From Eubacteriales bacterium (GTDB lineage Bacteria > Bacillota > Clostridia > Christensenellales > CAG-138), in the NCBI GenBank assembly GCA_031549625.1, contig JAVBPK010000116.1, positions 1 to 53,037 on the forward strand: a stretch of 53,037 bases of DNA, in the 5' to 3' direction. Position 1 is the stretch's first letter, and every line of letters starts with the position of its first letter. Shown here piece by piece: positions 36,219 to 46,661 of the stretch. The position numbers and the translations under genes are program-made. The notes below the pieces were generated by a model. That model ran no database searches and had not been told where the DNA came from. It saw nothing but the letters and a program-made list of their open reading frames with translations.

Positions 36219-39200
36219 ATGCGAAAGTATAGGCTGATTGCTTTGGTGGCATGCCTGTTGATGGCAGCAGTACCGGCGCTGGCTCAAAGCGAAGAAACGA
36301 CGAACCTCATATATAATGGCGATTTTTCCGTATTGTCTGTAAACGACACCATGCCGGACGGCTGGTATTACGACGCGTGGATACCGGAGAGCTCCGAGTA
36401 TTCCGCCGCGCTCACCGCAGAGGGCGAATACGCGTTGGTGCTAAACAATATAGAAGAAAACGATGCTCGGTTTTGCCAAAAAGTAAAAGTAACGCCAAAG
36501 ACGGCTTATCTATTCTCTTGTGAAATAGCGGCGGATGGCTTGACGGGTTCGGCGGGCGCGTCGCTGTCCATCATGGATACATTTGTCGGCTCTGAAACGT
36601 TATTCGCCACGAATGGCTGGCAGCGTGTGGAGTTTGTCGGAGTCACGGAAAGAGGCCAGAAAGAAATTACAGTCGCGCTGCGCGTGGGCGGATATGGCGC
36701 GCTTGGCATGGGACAGGCCCGCTTCAAAAACATAAGCATGGTGCAATTAGAAACTGTCCCCTCAAATGCGTTCCCGCTCAAAACACAAAAGGCATCCGCA
36801 GGAAGTACAGGCGACGGGGAAGAGAAGCCGCAATGGGCGGGCATCGTCGTTTGCGTTGTGTTGTGCGCCGTATTGTGCGCGTACGTATATAGGCGGGGCA
36901 TCACGCAGCCGGCAAAGCTGGGTGCGCCGCAGGATTATAATATGCAGATTGCCTGCATATTCGTGTTGGCGTTTTTTTTGCGGGTGTTCTTTTCATTGCT
37001 GTTCGTGGGGCATTCCACGGATATAGGCTGCTTCAGGGGCTGGGCCGAGGGCATGGCCGAGCATGGCGCGGCTGGTTTCTACAGCAGCGGCATGTTCGCG
37101 GATTATCCGCCGGGCTACATGTATGTATTGTGGCTGATTGGCGCGCTTCGCCGTCTGCTGGGTTTGTCATATGACAGCGCGCTGTACATCTTACTGCTGA
37201 AGCTGCCATCTATCGCGGCCGATTTTGCCTGCGCATGGATCGTATATAAAATAGCGCTCAAGCAGAACATGACAAAATCAAAGGCAGTATTGCTGCTGGG
37301 TTTGGTGGCGCTGCAGCCGGTGTTTGCATTTATATCCGGCGGCTGGGGCCAAATCGATTCCATCCTTACCTTATGCCTCATTGGCGTGCTGCTGTTATTC
37401 CTCGAAAAGAAATACATATGGGCGGGCGCGGTATATGGTCTTGCCATTTTATTAAAGCCGCAGGCGCTGATGGCAGGGCCCCTTTTGGCGGTGGCCTATT
37501 TTGTGCCGGAGCCAAATGAAAAGTACGCAAGGAAACTGGGGCAGACCGCTTTGGCCGTGCTTGCGGCGGTGGGCGTCATACTCTTGCTGGCATGGCCGTT
37601 CAGCGGAGGCAATGGGTTCGGCTGGTTGCAGGAAAAGTATTTTTCCACGGCGACCTCCTATCCATACGCAAGCGTGGAAGCTTTCAATTTATTTGCGCTT
37701 CTCGGCGGAAACTGGGAAAATATTGAAATCGTGCCATTGCTGTTCTCCTATGGCGTGTGGGGCATGCTGTTTCTGGCGTTAAGCGTAATACTGGCGGCGC
37801 TGCTGTATATCCGTGCGCACAAGGCAGGCAATCGCGGCGCGCTGTATTTGGCGCTGGCGTTTTTGCTGATCGCGCTGTTTACGCTGGGACCATACATGCA
37901 CGAACGGTATCTCTTCCCGGCATTGGCGCTATTGCTGATAGCGGGCGTATATTATAACGATAAGAGGCTTTTCCTTTGCTCGCTGCTGTTCTCGATCACG
38001 TTTCTGTTTAACGCGCTTTGCGCATTCTACATTGTCGATCATCAGTTCGCGCGCGGAGCGGGGTATGATCTAATCACGTTTGTGGGCTCATTACTGTCCG
38101 TGCTGGCGTTCGCATATCTCTGTTTTGTCTGTTATGATCTGGTGGTCAAGTGCCGCAACGAGCCGACGGCGCTGTTCATGCCGTCTGTAAAAGATGCGCC
38201 GGTGGAAGCTGTAAATCCTTTGGAATTGCCTGAGCCATACGAAAGAAAGCTGCGCTATACAAAAAAGGATAAGCTGTATTGCATAGGCTTAACTGCGCTG
38301 TACGCCGTTTTTGCGCTCACAAATTTAGGCAGCCTGAAAGCGCCGCAAACCGAATACAGCAGCGCCACGGAAGGCGAAACGGCGCAGTTGAGTTTTAAGA
38401 AGGAAGAACAGATTTCTGAAATTTGGGTGTTTGGCGGCATAACGGAAGGAACGTTGCAGCTGACAACCGACCATGGCGAAACGATTACATTCGAGCAATT
38501 GCACGACGATATGTTCCGCTGGAAGCGCATAGACTTCGGGCGCAACGTGAAAACGCTTACACTGACTACCGTCAAGGGCGAGCTGACATTGCGGGAGCTG
38601 GCGTTTATCAGCACGGAGGGCAAGCTGCTCACCGGTGCTGCGGCAAAAGGGGCGGCGGCCATGTTGGTGGATGAGCAAAATACCATACCCAATCGCCCTT
38701 CATATTTCACCGGCATGTATTTCGACGAGCTATACCATGCGCGCACGGCATACGAGCACTTGCACGGGCTGACGCCATACGAAAACTCGCATCCGCCGCT
38801 CGGCAAGATATTCATTATGCTGGGCGTTTGGGTGTTTGGCATGAACGCGTTTGGCTGGCGCGTGGTTGGCGCGCTGTTTGGCATAGCCATGGTGCCAATT
38901 TTGTACGCGTTCGGTAAACGCTTGTTTAAGAGGCCGGAATACGCTTTGCTGACGGCGTTCCTGTTTGCGTTTGATTTCATGCATTTCACGCAAACGCGCA
39001 TAGCCACTATAGACGTGTATTCCATATTCTTCATATTGCTCATGTACTACTACATGTACCAATACTATTGCATGAATTTCTTTGTGGACGGCCTAAAGGC
39101 GACGCTCAAGCCGCTGGCGCTGGCGGGCGTGTTCTTTGCGCTGGGGGCGGCCACAAAGTGGATATGCATCTACGCGGGCATTGGCCTTGCCGTATTGTTG

Positions 39201-39962
39201 TTTATGTCGCTGTTCAAGCGTTTCGGTGAGTACCGGGCGGCGCTGGCTGCTCCAAACGCGGTATATAGCGCGCGTGTCAAAGAGTTTCCCAGGCAAATCA
39301 TATTGACGCTGCTGTGGTGTTGCGTGTTTTATATCGCGCTGCCGGTCGCCGTATACCTACTGTCGTATATGCCGTACTATCTGTGCGAAAATCACTACAC
39401 CTTAAAAGATATTTGGGAATATCAGCAATTCATGTGGAACTACCACAGCACGTTGAACGCTTCGCATCCGTATGAATCCACATGGTGGCAGTGGCCGTTC
39501 ACGATCAGGCCGATGTGGTATTATTTCGGCGACAGCGAACCCGCCGGCATGATATCCACGCTCACCGCCTCGGGGAATCCGGCGGTATGGTGGCTTTGCA
39601 CGCCGCTGACAGTGGCGCTGGCGGTAAGCCGCCTGCGGGGCAAGATCAGGCATGAGCCGGGCATGACGATAGTGTTTATAGGCGCCTTGGCAAACTATCT
39701 GCCGTGGGTATTGGTTACAAGGTGCACATTTATTTATCATTTTTTCGCCACGGTCCCCTTCATACTGTTTGGCGGGATATACATGCTGAAATGGCTGGAA
39801 GAAAAAGAGCCGCAATTCAAATGGGTAAAATGGGCCTGGATGGGCGTGTGCCTGTTGTTGTTCCTGCTGCTATATCCGGGGCTGAGCGGTCTGCCCGTGC
39901 CCATGTGGTATGCGCAAATATTAAAATTCCTGCCCGGCGGGGGCCTGATGTATGGGGCTTGA
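36219..39962 (+). CDS. 1247-aa multidomain membrane glycosyltransferase: signal peptide, CBM-like jelly-roll, GT-C domain 1 (DUF2029/Gpi18-like), beta-sandwich, GT-C domain 2 (GT39/PMT-like)
   Basis: Signal peptide MRKYRLIALVACLLMAAVPALA. NLIYNGDFS...DGWYYDAW CBM4/9-like module. First polytopic block with FADYPPGYMYVLWLIG. Soluble insert at about aa 690-800. Second block with YFDELYHARTAYEHL...HPPLGK (PMT DE-loop motif). C-terminal HPYESTWWQWPF is a PMT_4TMC-like motif. Confidence 0.8.
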   Translation: MRKYRLIALVACLLMAAVPALAQSEETTNLIYNGDFSVLSVNDTMPDGWYYDAWIPESSEYSAALTAEGEYALVLNNIEENDARFCQKVKVTPKTAYLFSCEIAADGLTGSAGASLSIMDTFVGSETLFATNGWQRVEFVGVTERGQKEITVALRVGGYGALGMGQARFKNISMVQLETVPSNAFPLKTQKASAGSTGDGEEKPQWAGIVVCVVLCAVLCAYVYRRGITQPAKLGAPQDYNMQIACIFVLAFFLRVFFSLLFVGHSTDIGCFRGWAEGMAEHGAAGFYSSGMFADYPPGYMYVLWLIGALRRLLGLSYDSALYILLLKLPSIAADFACAWIVYKIALKQNMTKSKAVLLLGLVALQPVFAFISGGWGQIDSILTLCLIGVLLLFLEKKYIWAGAVYGLAILLKPQALMAGPLLAVAYFVPEPNEKYARKLGQTALAVLAAVGVILLLAWPFSGGNGFGWLQEKYFSTATSYPYASVEAFNLFALLGGNWENIEIVPLLFSYGVWGMLFLALSVILAALLYIRAHKAGNRGALYLALAFLLIALFTLGPYMHERYLFPALALLLIAGVYYNDKRLFLCSLLFSITFLFNALCAFYIVDHQFARGAGYDLITFVGSLLSVLAFAYLCFVCYDLVVKCRNEPTALFMPSVKDAPVEAVNPLELPEPYERKLRYTKKDKLYCIGLTALYAVFALTNLGSLKAPQTEYSSATEGETAQLSFKKEEQISEIWVFGGITEGTLQLTTDHGETITFEQLHDDMFRWKRIDFGRNVKTLTLTTVKGELTLRELAFISTEGKLLTGAAAKGAAAMLVDEQNTIPNRPSYFTGMYFDELYHARTAYEHLHGLTPYENSHPPLGKIFIMLGVWVFGMNAFGWRVVGALFGIAMVPILYAFGKRLFKRPEYALLTAFLFAFDFMHFTQTRIATIDVYSIFFILLMYYYMYQYYCMNFFVDGLKATLKPLALAGVFFALGAATKWICIYAGIGLAVLLFMSLFKRFGEYRAALAAPNAVYSARVKEFPRQIILTLLWCCVFYIALPVAVYLLSYMPYYLCENHYTLKDIWEYQQFMWNYHSTLNASHPYESTWWQWPFTIRPMWYYFGDSEPAGMISTLTASGNPAVWWLCTPLTVALAVSRLRGKIRHEPGMTIVFIGALANYLPWVLVTRCTFIYHFFATVPFILFGGIYMLKWLEEKEPQFKWVKWAWMGVCLLLFLLLYPGLSGLPVPMWYAQILKFLPGGGLMYGA

Positions 39963-39992
39963 TGGTATATATGCGCGGTGAAAGGGGAAACA

Positions 39993-40397
39993 ATGCTGAA
40001 AAGATATTGGGGTGACATCAAACAATTTATAAAATTTAACCTCGTGGGCGTATTGAATACGGTCGTGGATTTTTTGATATACACGCTGCTGACCGAAGTG
40101 TTTGGTTGGGCGTATCTTTTTGCAAAGACCGTCTCGTATTCTTGCGGCGTGGTGAATAGCTATATCTGGAATAGCCGATGGACGTTTAAAGCGGAACAAA
40201 AGCGCGGCAAGCGCGAGTTTCTGCTATTTTTACTTGTCAACCTGGTGTCGTTAGGCGTATCGCTCGGCATCATGCACGCGTGCAAAAACTGGCTGCGAAT
40301 CGAAAGCGATTTTTGGTGCAACATCATCGCCACGCCCATCGCGCTCGTTGTAAATTTTTTGGGCAACAAACTGTTCGTATTTAAAAAAGCGGCATAG
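39993..40397 (+). CDS. GtrA-family membrane protein (polyprenyl-phosphate-sugar handling)
   Basis: Trimmed to ATG 39993 (GGGGAAACA SD). 134 aa with 4 TM segments. FIKFNLVGVLNTVVDFLIY and C-terminal NFLGNKLFVFK are typical GtrA motifs. Confidence 0.85.
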   Translation: MLKRYWGDIKQFIKFNLVGVLNTVVDFLIYTLLTEVFGWAYLFAKTVSYSCGVVNSYIWNSRWTFKAEQKRGKREFLLFLLVNLVSLGVSLGIMHACKNWLRIESDFWCNIIATPIALVVNFLGNKLFVFKKAA

Positions 40398-40470
40398 CGC
40401 GCTTGGTAGGGCGGCGTGTTGCCGCCGGCTGTATACAATAGAAAAAGCGTTTAGGCAAGGGGGGAGAAAC

Positions 40471-41997
40471 TTGCTGGCAAGCATTGGTAGTTACGGGTTA
40501 AACGGCATAAACGGGTTTGCCGTACAAGTGCAGGTGGATATAGCAAACGGCCTGCCAAACTACGAAACCGTGGGTCTGCCGGACGCCGCTGTGCGAGAAT
40601 CGCGCGAAAGGGTACGCGCCGCCATCAAAAACAGCGGCCTAGCATTTCCGGTCAACCGCATAACGGTTAATTTGGCCCCTGCGGATATGCGCAAGGAAGG
40701 TTCCGTTTACGACTTGCCTATCGCCATAGGCATTCTGGAGGCGGCGGGGCAGCTGGCGCCGGAAGTCACGCGTGACAAGCTGTTTGTAGGGGAGCTGGCT
40801 TTGGATGGCAGCGTGCGGGCCATTACGGGCGTGCTGCCGATGGTGATCGACGCGTTTGCAAACGGCTGGAAAACGATTGTGTTGCCCGAGGGCAATGCGG
40901 AAGAGGCCGCTTACATCCAGGGCGCGATGGTGCTGCCGGCAAAGAGCTTGCAGCAGGTAGTAAATTGCCTGCGCGGCAATGAAGCGTTTGAACCATATCC
41001 AAGCCGGGAGTGGGGCGAGCCATGCGAGAGCAAATATGCCGACTTTGCGGAGATCAGGGGTCAGCAGGGCGCGAAACGGGCGGCGGAAATAGCAGTGGCG
41101 GGCGGGCACAATCTCTTGCTGATAGGCACGCCGGGTTCGGGCAAAACCATGCTCGCCCGCGCCATCCCATCCATATTGCCGGATATCACATTCGAAGAAG
41201 CATTGGAAATAACAAAAATACATTCCGCTGTAGGCAACACCCGCGAGCACAGCGGGTTGATCCGTGAAAGGCCGTTTCGCGCTCCGCATCATGGCGCGTC
41301 GTCCGCGGCGCTTATCGGTGGCGGCCCAACGGCGCAGCCGGGTGAGATCAGCCTGGCGCATTTCGGCGTACTGTTTTTAGATGAATTTCCGGAATTCCGC
41401 AAGGATGTATTGGAAGCGTTGCGCCAGCCGCTGGAGGATGGCGTGGTAACGATCACACGGGCAATGGCAAATGCAACATATCCGGCGGATTTCATGCTCG
41501 TTGCGGCAATGAACCCATGTCCCTGCGGCAATTACGGCTCACGCGTGTCGCCGTGCCGCTGCACGTCTTTCCAAATCCAGCGGTATCAGGGCAGGATCAG
41601 CGGACCATTGCTCGACAGGATAGATATGCATGTGGAAATGACGGAAGTTGGCTATAGCGATATCGCCGCAAAGGCGGCGGGCGAAAGTTCCGCCTTCATC
41701 CGTAAGCGCGTGAATGCCGCGAGGCATATGCAGCGGGAACGGTATAAGGACGATCACATTTTCTTTAACGCGCAATTGCCAAACGCGCTGCTAAAAACGT
41801 ATTGCAGGCTGGACGATGAGTCGGAGAACATGTTGCAGCGTGCGTTCGCGAAAATGAATTTGAGTGCGCGCGCCTACCACCGCATATTAAAGGTAGCAAG
41901 AACCATTGCCGATTTGGAAGCAATGCAGGCCATCCGTCCGGAGCATGTTGCCGAGGCCATCCAATACCGTAGTCTCGACATGCGAAATGAGAGGTGA
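40471..41997 (+). CDS. comM: YifB/ComM-family Mg-chelatase-like AAA+ ATPase
   Basis: TTG start behind GGGGGGAG. Lon/ChlI-like N-domain. Walker A GTPGSGKTM and Walker B GVLFLDEFPEF. Zn-finger-like CPCGNYGSRVSPCRC. C-terminal RILKVARTIADL. Confidence 0.92.
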   Translation: MLASIGSYGLNGINGFAVQVQVDIANGLPNYETVGLPDAAVRESRERVRAAIKNSGLAFPVNRITVNLAPADMRKEGSVYDLPIAIGILEAAGQLAPEVTRDKLFVGELALDGSVRAITGVLPMVIDAFANGWKTIVLPEGNAEEAAYIQGAMVLPAKSLQQVVNCLRGNEAFEPYPSREWGEPCESKYADFAEIRGQQGAKRAAEIAVAGGHNLLLIGTPGSGKTMLARAIPSILPDITFEEALEITKIHSAVGNTREHSGLIRERPFRAPHHGASSAALIGGGPTAQPGEISLAHFGVLFLDEFPEFRKDVLEALRQPLEDGVVTITRAMANATYPADFMLVAAMNPCPCGNYGSRVSPCRCTSFQIQRYQGRISGPLLDRIDMHVEMTEVGYSDIAAKAAGESSAFIRKRVNAARHMQRERYKDDHIFFNAQLPNALLKTYCRLDDESENMLQRAFAKMNLSARAYHRILKVARTIADLEAMQAIRPEHVAEAIQYRSLDMRNER

Positions 41998-42002
41998 GCC
42001 AT

Positions 42003-43124
42003 ATGAAAGCGGATTGCGCAACACAAAGGAACCACTGGCTGTGGCTGCAAGACGCGGTCGGCCACGACGTCATGCTGTTCGACAAAGTGCTGCACGCCTT
42101 TGAAGATTTAGGCGAAGCGCATGCGCTGGCGGAAAAAGGCGATACAGCCGCTTTTTCCCGCTGGGGCGACGGGGCGGCGCGTAAGTTATGCGCTGCGGCA
42201 ATGAGCGGGGGCTGGCAAAGGCGGCTCGATTGGGCGGAAAAGAGTCATACGCGGATACTATGCCGTTACGAAGACGAATACCCGATTCTGCTAAAAGAAA
42301 TTCGTTTCCCGCCCTCTGTGCTGTACGTTAAAGGCGAGTTGGAGCCAATGCCAAAGCTGCCGTTGGGCATTGTGGGCATGCGAAAAAATACGCTATACGG
42401 CGAAGCGGTGGCAAAACACATGGCAAAAGAGCTGGTCAAGCAAGGGGCAACCATCATTTCCGGCATGGCGAAGGGAATAGACAGCCATGCGGCGGCGGGT
42501 GCGCTGGAGGATGTGGAAGCGAAGCTGCCTACGGTTGCTGTGCTGGGCTGTGGAGTGGATGTGATTTATCCGCCTTCAAACGCCCGGTTATACGACGAGA
42601 TCGTGGAGCGCGGCGCGGTGGTTTCGGAATTTTTGCCGGGCACGAAGCCGTTTCCGGACCATTTTCCCATTCGTAACAGGATAATCAGCGGGCTGTCGCG
42701 CGGCGTGCTTGTGATAGAAGCGGCACAAAGGAGCGGGTCATCCATCACGGCCAACCATGCGCTCGATCAAAACAGGGATTTGTTCGCGGTGCCGGGGCGC
42801 GTCACCGATGCGGCAAGTTTTGGCCCAAACAGGCTGATACAGCGCGGTGAAGCGAAGCCGGTGTTCTGCGCGGCGGATATCTTATGCGAATATGGCATAC
42901 AGGAAGCGAAAGAAGCGAGCAAAATGGAGCCGCCCGCAATCGACAAAAGCAAACTGTCCCTGCTGGAAAATCGCATCGTGGAGGAATTATTAGCCGGCGA
43001 AAAGAGCGCTGACGAATTGTGCGAGGCTTTGTCGTGTCATATCGCAGTGGTAAATTCTAGCTTGACATCCTTACAGTTTTCGGGAATAATTAAGCAGCTA
43101 CCAGGCAGGGTGTTTGGGTTGTAA
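42003..43124 (+). CDS. dprA: DNA-processing protein DprA (Smf)
   Basis: Rossmann-like core GIVGMRKNTLYG...SGMAKGIDSHAAAGAL...VLGCGVDVIYP...LVIEAAQRSGSSITA and a C-terminal winged helix. ATG 42003 is preferred over GTG 41994 on SD spacing. Confidence 0.9.
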   Translation: MKADCATQRNHWLWLQDAVGHDVMLFDKVLHAFEDLGEAHALAEKGDTAAFSRWGDGAARKLCAAAMSGGWQRRLDWAEKSHTRILCRYEDEYPILLKEIRFPPSVLYVKGELEPMPKLPLGIVGMRKNTLYGEAVAKHMAKELVKQGATIISGMAKGIDSHAAAGALEDVEAKLPTVAVLGCGVDVIYPPSNARLYDEIVERGAVVSEFLPGTKPFPDHFPIRNRIISGLSRGVLVIEAAQRSGSSITANHALDQNRDLFAVPGRVTDAASFGPNRLIQRGEAKPVFCAADILCEYGIQEAKEASKMEPPAIDKSKLSLLENRIVEELLAGEKSADELCEALSCHIAVVNSSLTSLQFSGIIKQLPGRVFGL

Positions 43125-43160
43125 ATCAGTATCAACGCGGTCGGCAGTGGAGGAAAATCA

Positions 43161-45266
43161 ATGGCGGATAATCTGGTCATAGTGGAATCGCCCGCAAAGG
43201 CGAAAACCATAGCCAAGTTTTTAGGTAACAAATTCAAAGTGGTGGCCTCAAACGGCCATGTGCGCGATTTGCCCAAAAGCCAGCTAGGAGTGGATGTTGA
43301 AGACAACTTCAAGCCCAAATACATCACTTTGCGCGGGCGGGGCGAGGTGCTTGAGCGCATTCGCCGGGAAGCAAAGAATGCCAAAAAAGTGTACCTCGCG
43401 ACCGACCCTGATAGAGAGGGAGAGGCCATATCCTGGCATCTTGCGCAGATTTTGCGCATGGATGAAACATCCAAGTGCCGCATCGTATTCAACGAAATTA
43501 CGGCATCAGCCGTCAAAAATTCCATAAAAGGCGTGCGTGCCATAGACATGCGCCTGGTGGATGCGCAGCAGGCGCGCCGTATACTGGACAGGCTGGTAGG
43601 CTATAAAATCAGCCCGCTGCTTTGGGCAAAGGTGCGCAAAGGGCTTTCGGCCGGCCGTGTGCAGTCTGTCGCCACCAGAATAATCTGCGACAGGGAACAA
43701 GAAATATTATCGTTTGTACCCGAAGAATACTGGATCATCGCGGCGCAGTTGGCGTGTGAAAACGAAAAGAATAAAAAGACCTTCGAAGCGAAATTCTACG
43801 GATTCGACGGCAAAAAAACAGATATTACAAATAAAGAAGCCGCCGATGACGTGGTTCGGCGTGTAAAAGACGCGCGGTTTGCCGCCACGGATGTAAAAAT
43901 AGGGCAGCGCACGCGCCATGCGGCGCCGCCGTTTACCACAAGCAGCTTGCAGCAGGACGCGTCGCGCAAGCTGGGCTTCACAACAAAACGCACCATGCTC
44001 GTAGCGCAGCAATTGTACGAAGGCATCGAAATCCAGGGAAAGGGCGCAACGGGTCTCGTCACATATATCCGTACAGATTCCGTACGCGTGGCAAAAGAAG
44101 CGCAAGAGCAGGCAAAAGAGTTTATACTGCAGCAATATGGGCCGGAATATGTGCCGGAAAAGCCCAACATATACAAAGGGCGCGCGAGTGCGCAGGATGC
44201 GCACGAGGCAATTCGCCCCACTTCTGTGGAAAATAAGCCTTCCGAGGTAAAAGCGTCGCTTACAAACGATCAATACAAGCTCTACAAACTCATTTACGAG
44301 CGCTTTCTGGCCAGCCAGATGGCTGAAGCAAAATACGAAACAAACACCGTCACGCTCGACGCGAACGGCTGCACATTTCGTGCGCAGGGCGTGCGTACGC
44401 TGTTTGACGGCTTCACCACGATATACACGGAAGGGCGTGACGAAACGCAGGAAAAAGAAGTGACATTGCCGGCCATTGCGCAGGGAGACAAATTCCTCTC
44501 CAAGGCGCTTGAAAGCGAGCAAAAATTTACGCAGCCGCCACCGCACTATACGGAAGCGTCGCTCGTCCACGCGCTGGAAGAGAAGGGGATAGGCCGTCCG
44601 AGTACGTATTCGCCAACCATCTCCACCATCATCGAGCGCGGGTATGTCATGCGTGAGAAAAAACAGCTCATCCCTACGGAGCTTGGTTTTGTTGTCACTC
44701 AACTCATGAAAGAAAACTTCGAAAACATCGTTGATGTGGCATTCACAGCGGAAATGGAAGGCAGACTGGACTATGTAGAAGAGGGCGCGACAACCTGTGA
44801 GGCCATCATACAAGAATTCTACGGGCCGTTCATAAAAAGTGTGCAGGAAGCGGACGCCAAAATAGAAAAAGTCGTCCTGCAGGATGAAGTGTCAGATGTT
44901 CCCTGCGAAAAATGTGGCGCAATGATGGTATATAAAATGGGCCGGTTTGGCCGCTTTCTGGCTTGCCCCAATTTTCCGGAATGCCGCAACACAAAGCCCA
45001 TCGTAGAAAAGATAGATGTCGCCTGCCCCGAATGCGGCGGCATGCTAATCAAACGCAAATCAAAGCGCGGCAAGGCGTTCTATGGCTGCGAAAACTATCC
45101 CACATGCAGTTTTGTATCCTGGGACAGGCCGGTGAATGAGCAATGCCCAAAGTGCAAAGGGCGCATGGTGCAAAAGATGGGGCCAAAGGGCAGCTATATC
45201 GTCTGTGCGGATAAAGAATGTGGGCACATCGTTCGCAACAGAAAGGAAAAAGAGGATGCCGAATGA
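43161..45266 (+). CDS. topA: DNA topoisomerase I
   Basis: Toprim N-terminus LVIVESPAKAKTIAKFLG and DPDREGEAISWH. Type IA core. Three C-terminal C4 zinc ribbons (CEKCG...CPNFPEC, CPECG...CENYPTC, CPKCK...CADKECG). Confidence 0.96.
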   Translation: MADNLVIVESPAKAKTIAKFLGNKFKVVASNGHVRDLPKSQLGVDVEDNFKPKYITLRGRGEVLERIRREAKNAKKVYLATDPDREGEAISWHLAQILRMDETSKCRIVFNEITASAVKNSIKGVRAIDMRLVDAQQARRILDRLVGYKISPLLWAKVRKGLSAGRVQSVATRIICDREQEILSFVPEEYWIIAAQLACENEKNKKTFEAKFYGFDGKKTDITNKEAADDVVRRVKDARFAATDVKIGQRTRHAAPPFTTSSLQQDASRKLGFTTKRTMLVAQQLYEGIEIQGKGATGLVTYIRTDSVRVAKEAQEQAKEFILQQYGPEYVPEKPNIYKGRASAQDAHEAIRPTSVENKPSEVKASLTNDQYKLYKLIYERFLASQMAEAKYETNTVTLDANGCTFRAQGVRTLFDGFTTIYTEGRDETQEKEVTLPAIAQGDKFLSKALESEQKFTQPPPHYTEASLVHALEEKGIGRPSTYSPTISTIIERGYVMREKKQLIPTELGFVVTQLMKENFENIVDVAFTAEMEGRLDYVEEGATTCEAIIQEFYGPFIKSVQEADAKIEKVVLQDEVSDVPCEKCGAMMVYKMGRFGRFLACPNFPECRNTKPIVEKIDVACPECGGMLIKRKSKRGKAFYGCENYPTCSFVSWDRPVNEQCPKCKGRMVQKMGPKGSYIVCADKECGHIVRNRKEKEDAE

Positions 45267-46563
45267 TGGCTGCGTGACGGTTGTAGGCGCTGGGCTTGCG
45301 GGCTGCGAGGCCGCCTATCAGCTCAGCAAGCGCGGCATACATGTGCATTTATTCGAAATGAAGCCGGGTAAAAAATCGCCCGCGCATCAAAAAGAAGGAT
45401 TTGCGGAGCTGGTATGCTCCAATTCCCTGCGTTCCAACAGATTAGAAAACGCCTGCGGTCTACTAAAAGAAGAGATGCGCAGGCTGGATAGCTTTATTTT
45501 GCGGGCGGCGGATGCCACGCAGGTTCCGGCTGGCGGCGCGCTAGCGGTAGACCGAGAAAACTTTTCAAGCTATATCACCGAATCGATCAAACAAAATGAA
45601 AATATCACCGTATACCACGAGGAAGTTGCGCGTATACCGGATGCGCCCGCCATTATTGCCACAGGGCCGTTGACGGAAGGGCGGTTGTTCGAGGATATTG
45701 AAAATAAGGTGGCAAGCGGGCTGCATTTCTATGACGCGGCAGCGCCGGTGGTGCTGGCGGATACGTTGGATATGTCCGTTGTGTTTCGCGCTTCGCGGTA
45801 TGAGCGCGGCGATGACTATTTGAATTGCCCGATGACAAAAGCGCAGTACGCCGATTTTTATAACGCGTTGGTGTCTGCGGAAACGGCGCCTTTGCATGAA
45901 TTCGAGAAAAATGTGAAAGTATTCGAAGGGTGCATGCCGGTTGAAGTTATGGCAAAACGCGGGGAAAACACGCTGTGTTTTGGCCCGCTAAAGCCCGTGG
46001 GCCTGCGCGCGCCCGGCGAAGAAAGGCCGCCATACGCGGTGGTGCAGCTGCGGCAGGATGATGCGGCGGGAACATTATATAATTTGGTCGGGTTCCAAAC
46101 GAATCTCAAATTTGCGGAACAGCAGCGCGTATTCCGTTTGATTCCCGGCATGCAAAACGCGGAATTTGTGCGCTATGGCGTCATGCACCGCAATACATTT
46201 TTAAGCGCGCCCGGCGTGCTGGGGTGGGATTACAGCGTGCTAAAAATACCTGGCCTGTATTTTGCGGGGCAAATCACGGGCGTGGAAGGATATGTGGAAT
46301 CGGCGGCCAGCGGATTGCTGGCGGGCCTGTCACTGGCAAGGCGGCTAGAGGGCAAAGCGCCGCTGGACTTTACAAGCCGGACAGCATTGGGCGCGCTGGG
46401 GCATTATGTGGCTGAATATGCGGGTGGCAATTTCCAGCCGATGAATATCAATTATGGCATCATGGAGCCGCTGGGCGAAAAAGTGCGCAACAAAGCGCTG
46501 CGGTATGGCAAAATAGCGGAAAGATCGCTTGCAATCGTAGAGAAGTTGCAACAGAGTTGTTAA
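45256..46563 (+). CDS. trmFO: Methylenetetrahydrofolate--tRNA-(uracil54-C5)-methyltransferase TrmFO (Gid)
   Basis: Trimmed to ATG 45256 (overlaps the topA end by 11 nt). VTVVGAGLAGCEAAYQL FAD fold. CSNSLRS and GQITGVEGYVESAASG motifs. Confidence 0.94.
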   Translation: MPNDGCVTVVGAGLAGCEAAYQLSKRGIHVHLFEMKPGKKSPAHQKEGFAELVCSNSLRSNRLENACGLLKEEMRRLDSFILRAADATQVPAGGALAVDRENFSSYITESIKQNENITVYHEEVARIPDAPAIIATGPLTEGRLFEDIENKVASGLHFYDAAAPVVLADTLDMSVVFRASRYERGDDYLNCPMTKAQYADFYNALVSAETAPLHEFEKNVKVFEGCMPVEVMAKRGENTLCFGPLKPVGLRAPGEERPPYAVVQLRQDDAAGTLYNLVGFQTNLKFAEQQRVFRLIPGMQNAEFVRYGVMHRNTFLSAPGVLGWDYSVLKIPGLYFAGQITGVEGYVESAASGLLAGLSLARRLEGKAPLDFTSRTALGALGHYVAEYAGGNFQPMNINYGIMEPLGEKVRNKALRYGKIAERSLAIVEKLQQSC

Positions 46564-46661
46564 ACAAATGCATGTCTGCATTGCAAGCGGCAGGAATATG
46601 ATAATATGATAATGAAAAGCTGGCATGCGCGTTTATTGCGTACGGCGAAGGGGTGAAAAGC

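Noticed and set aside
43707-44813. 368-aa minus-strand ORF
   Set aside because: It is antisense to topA. It is Arg/Phe/Leu-rich with no recognisable domains, and is a typical shadow ORF.
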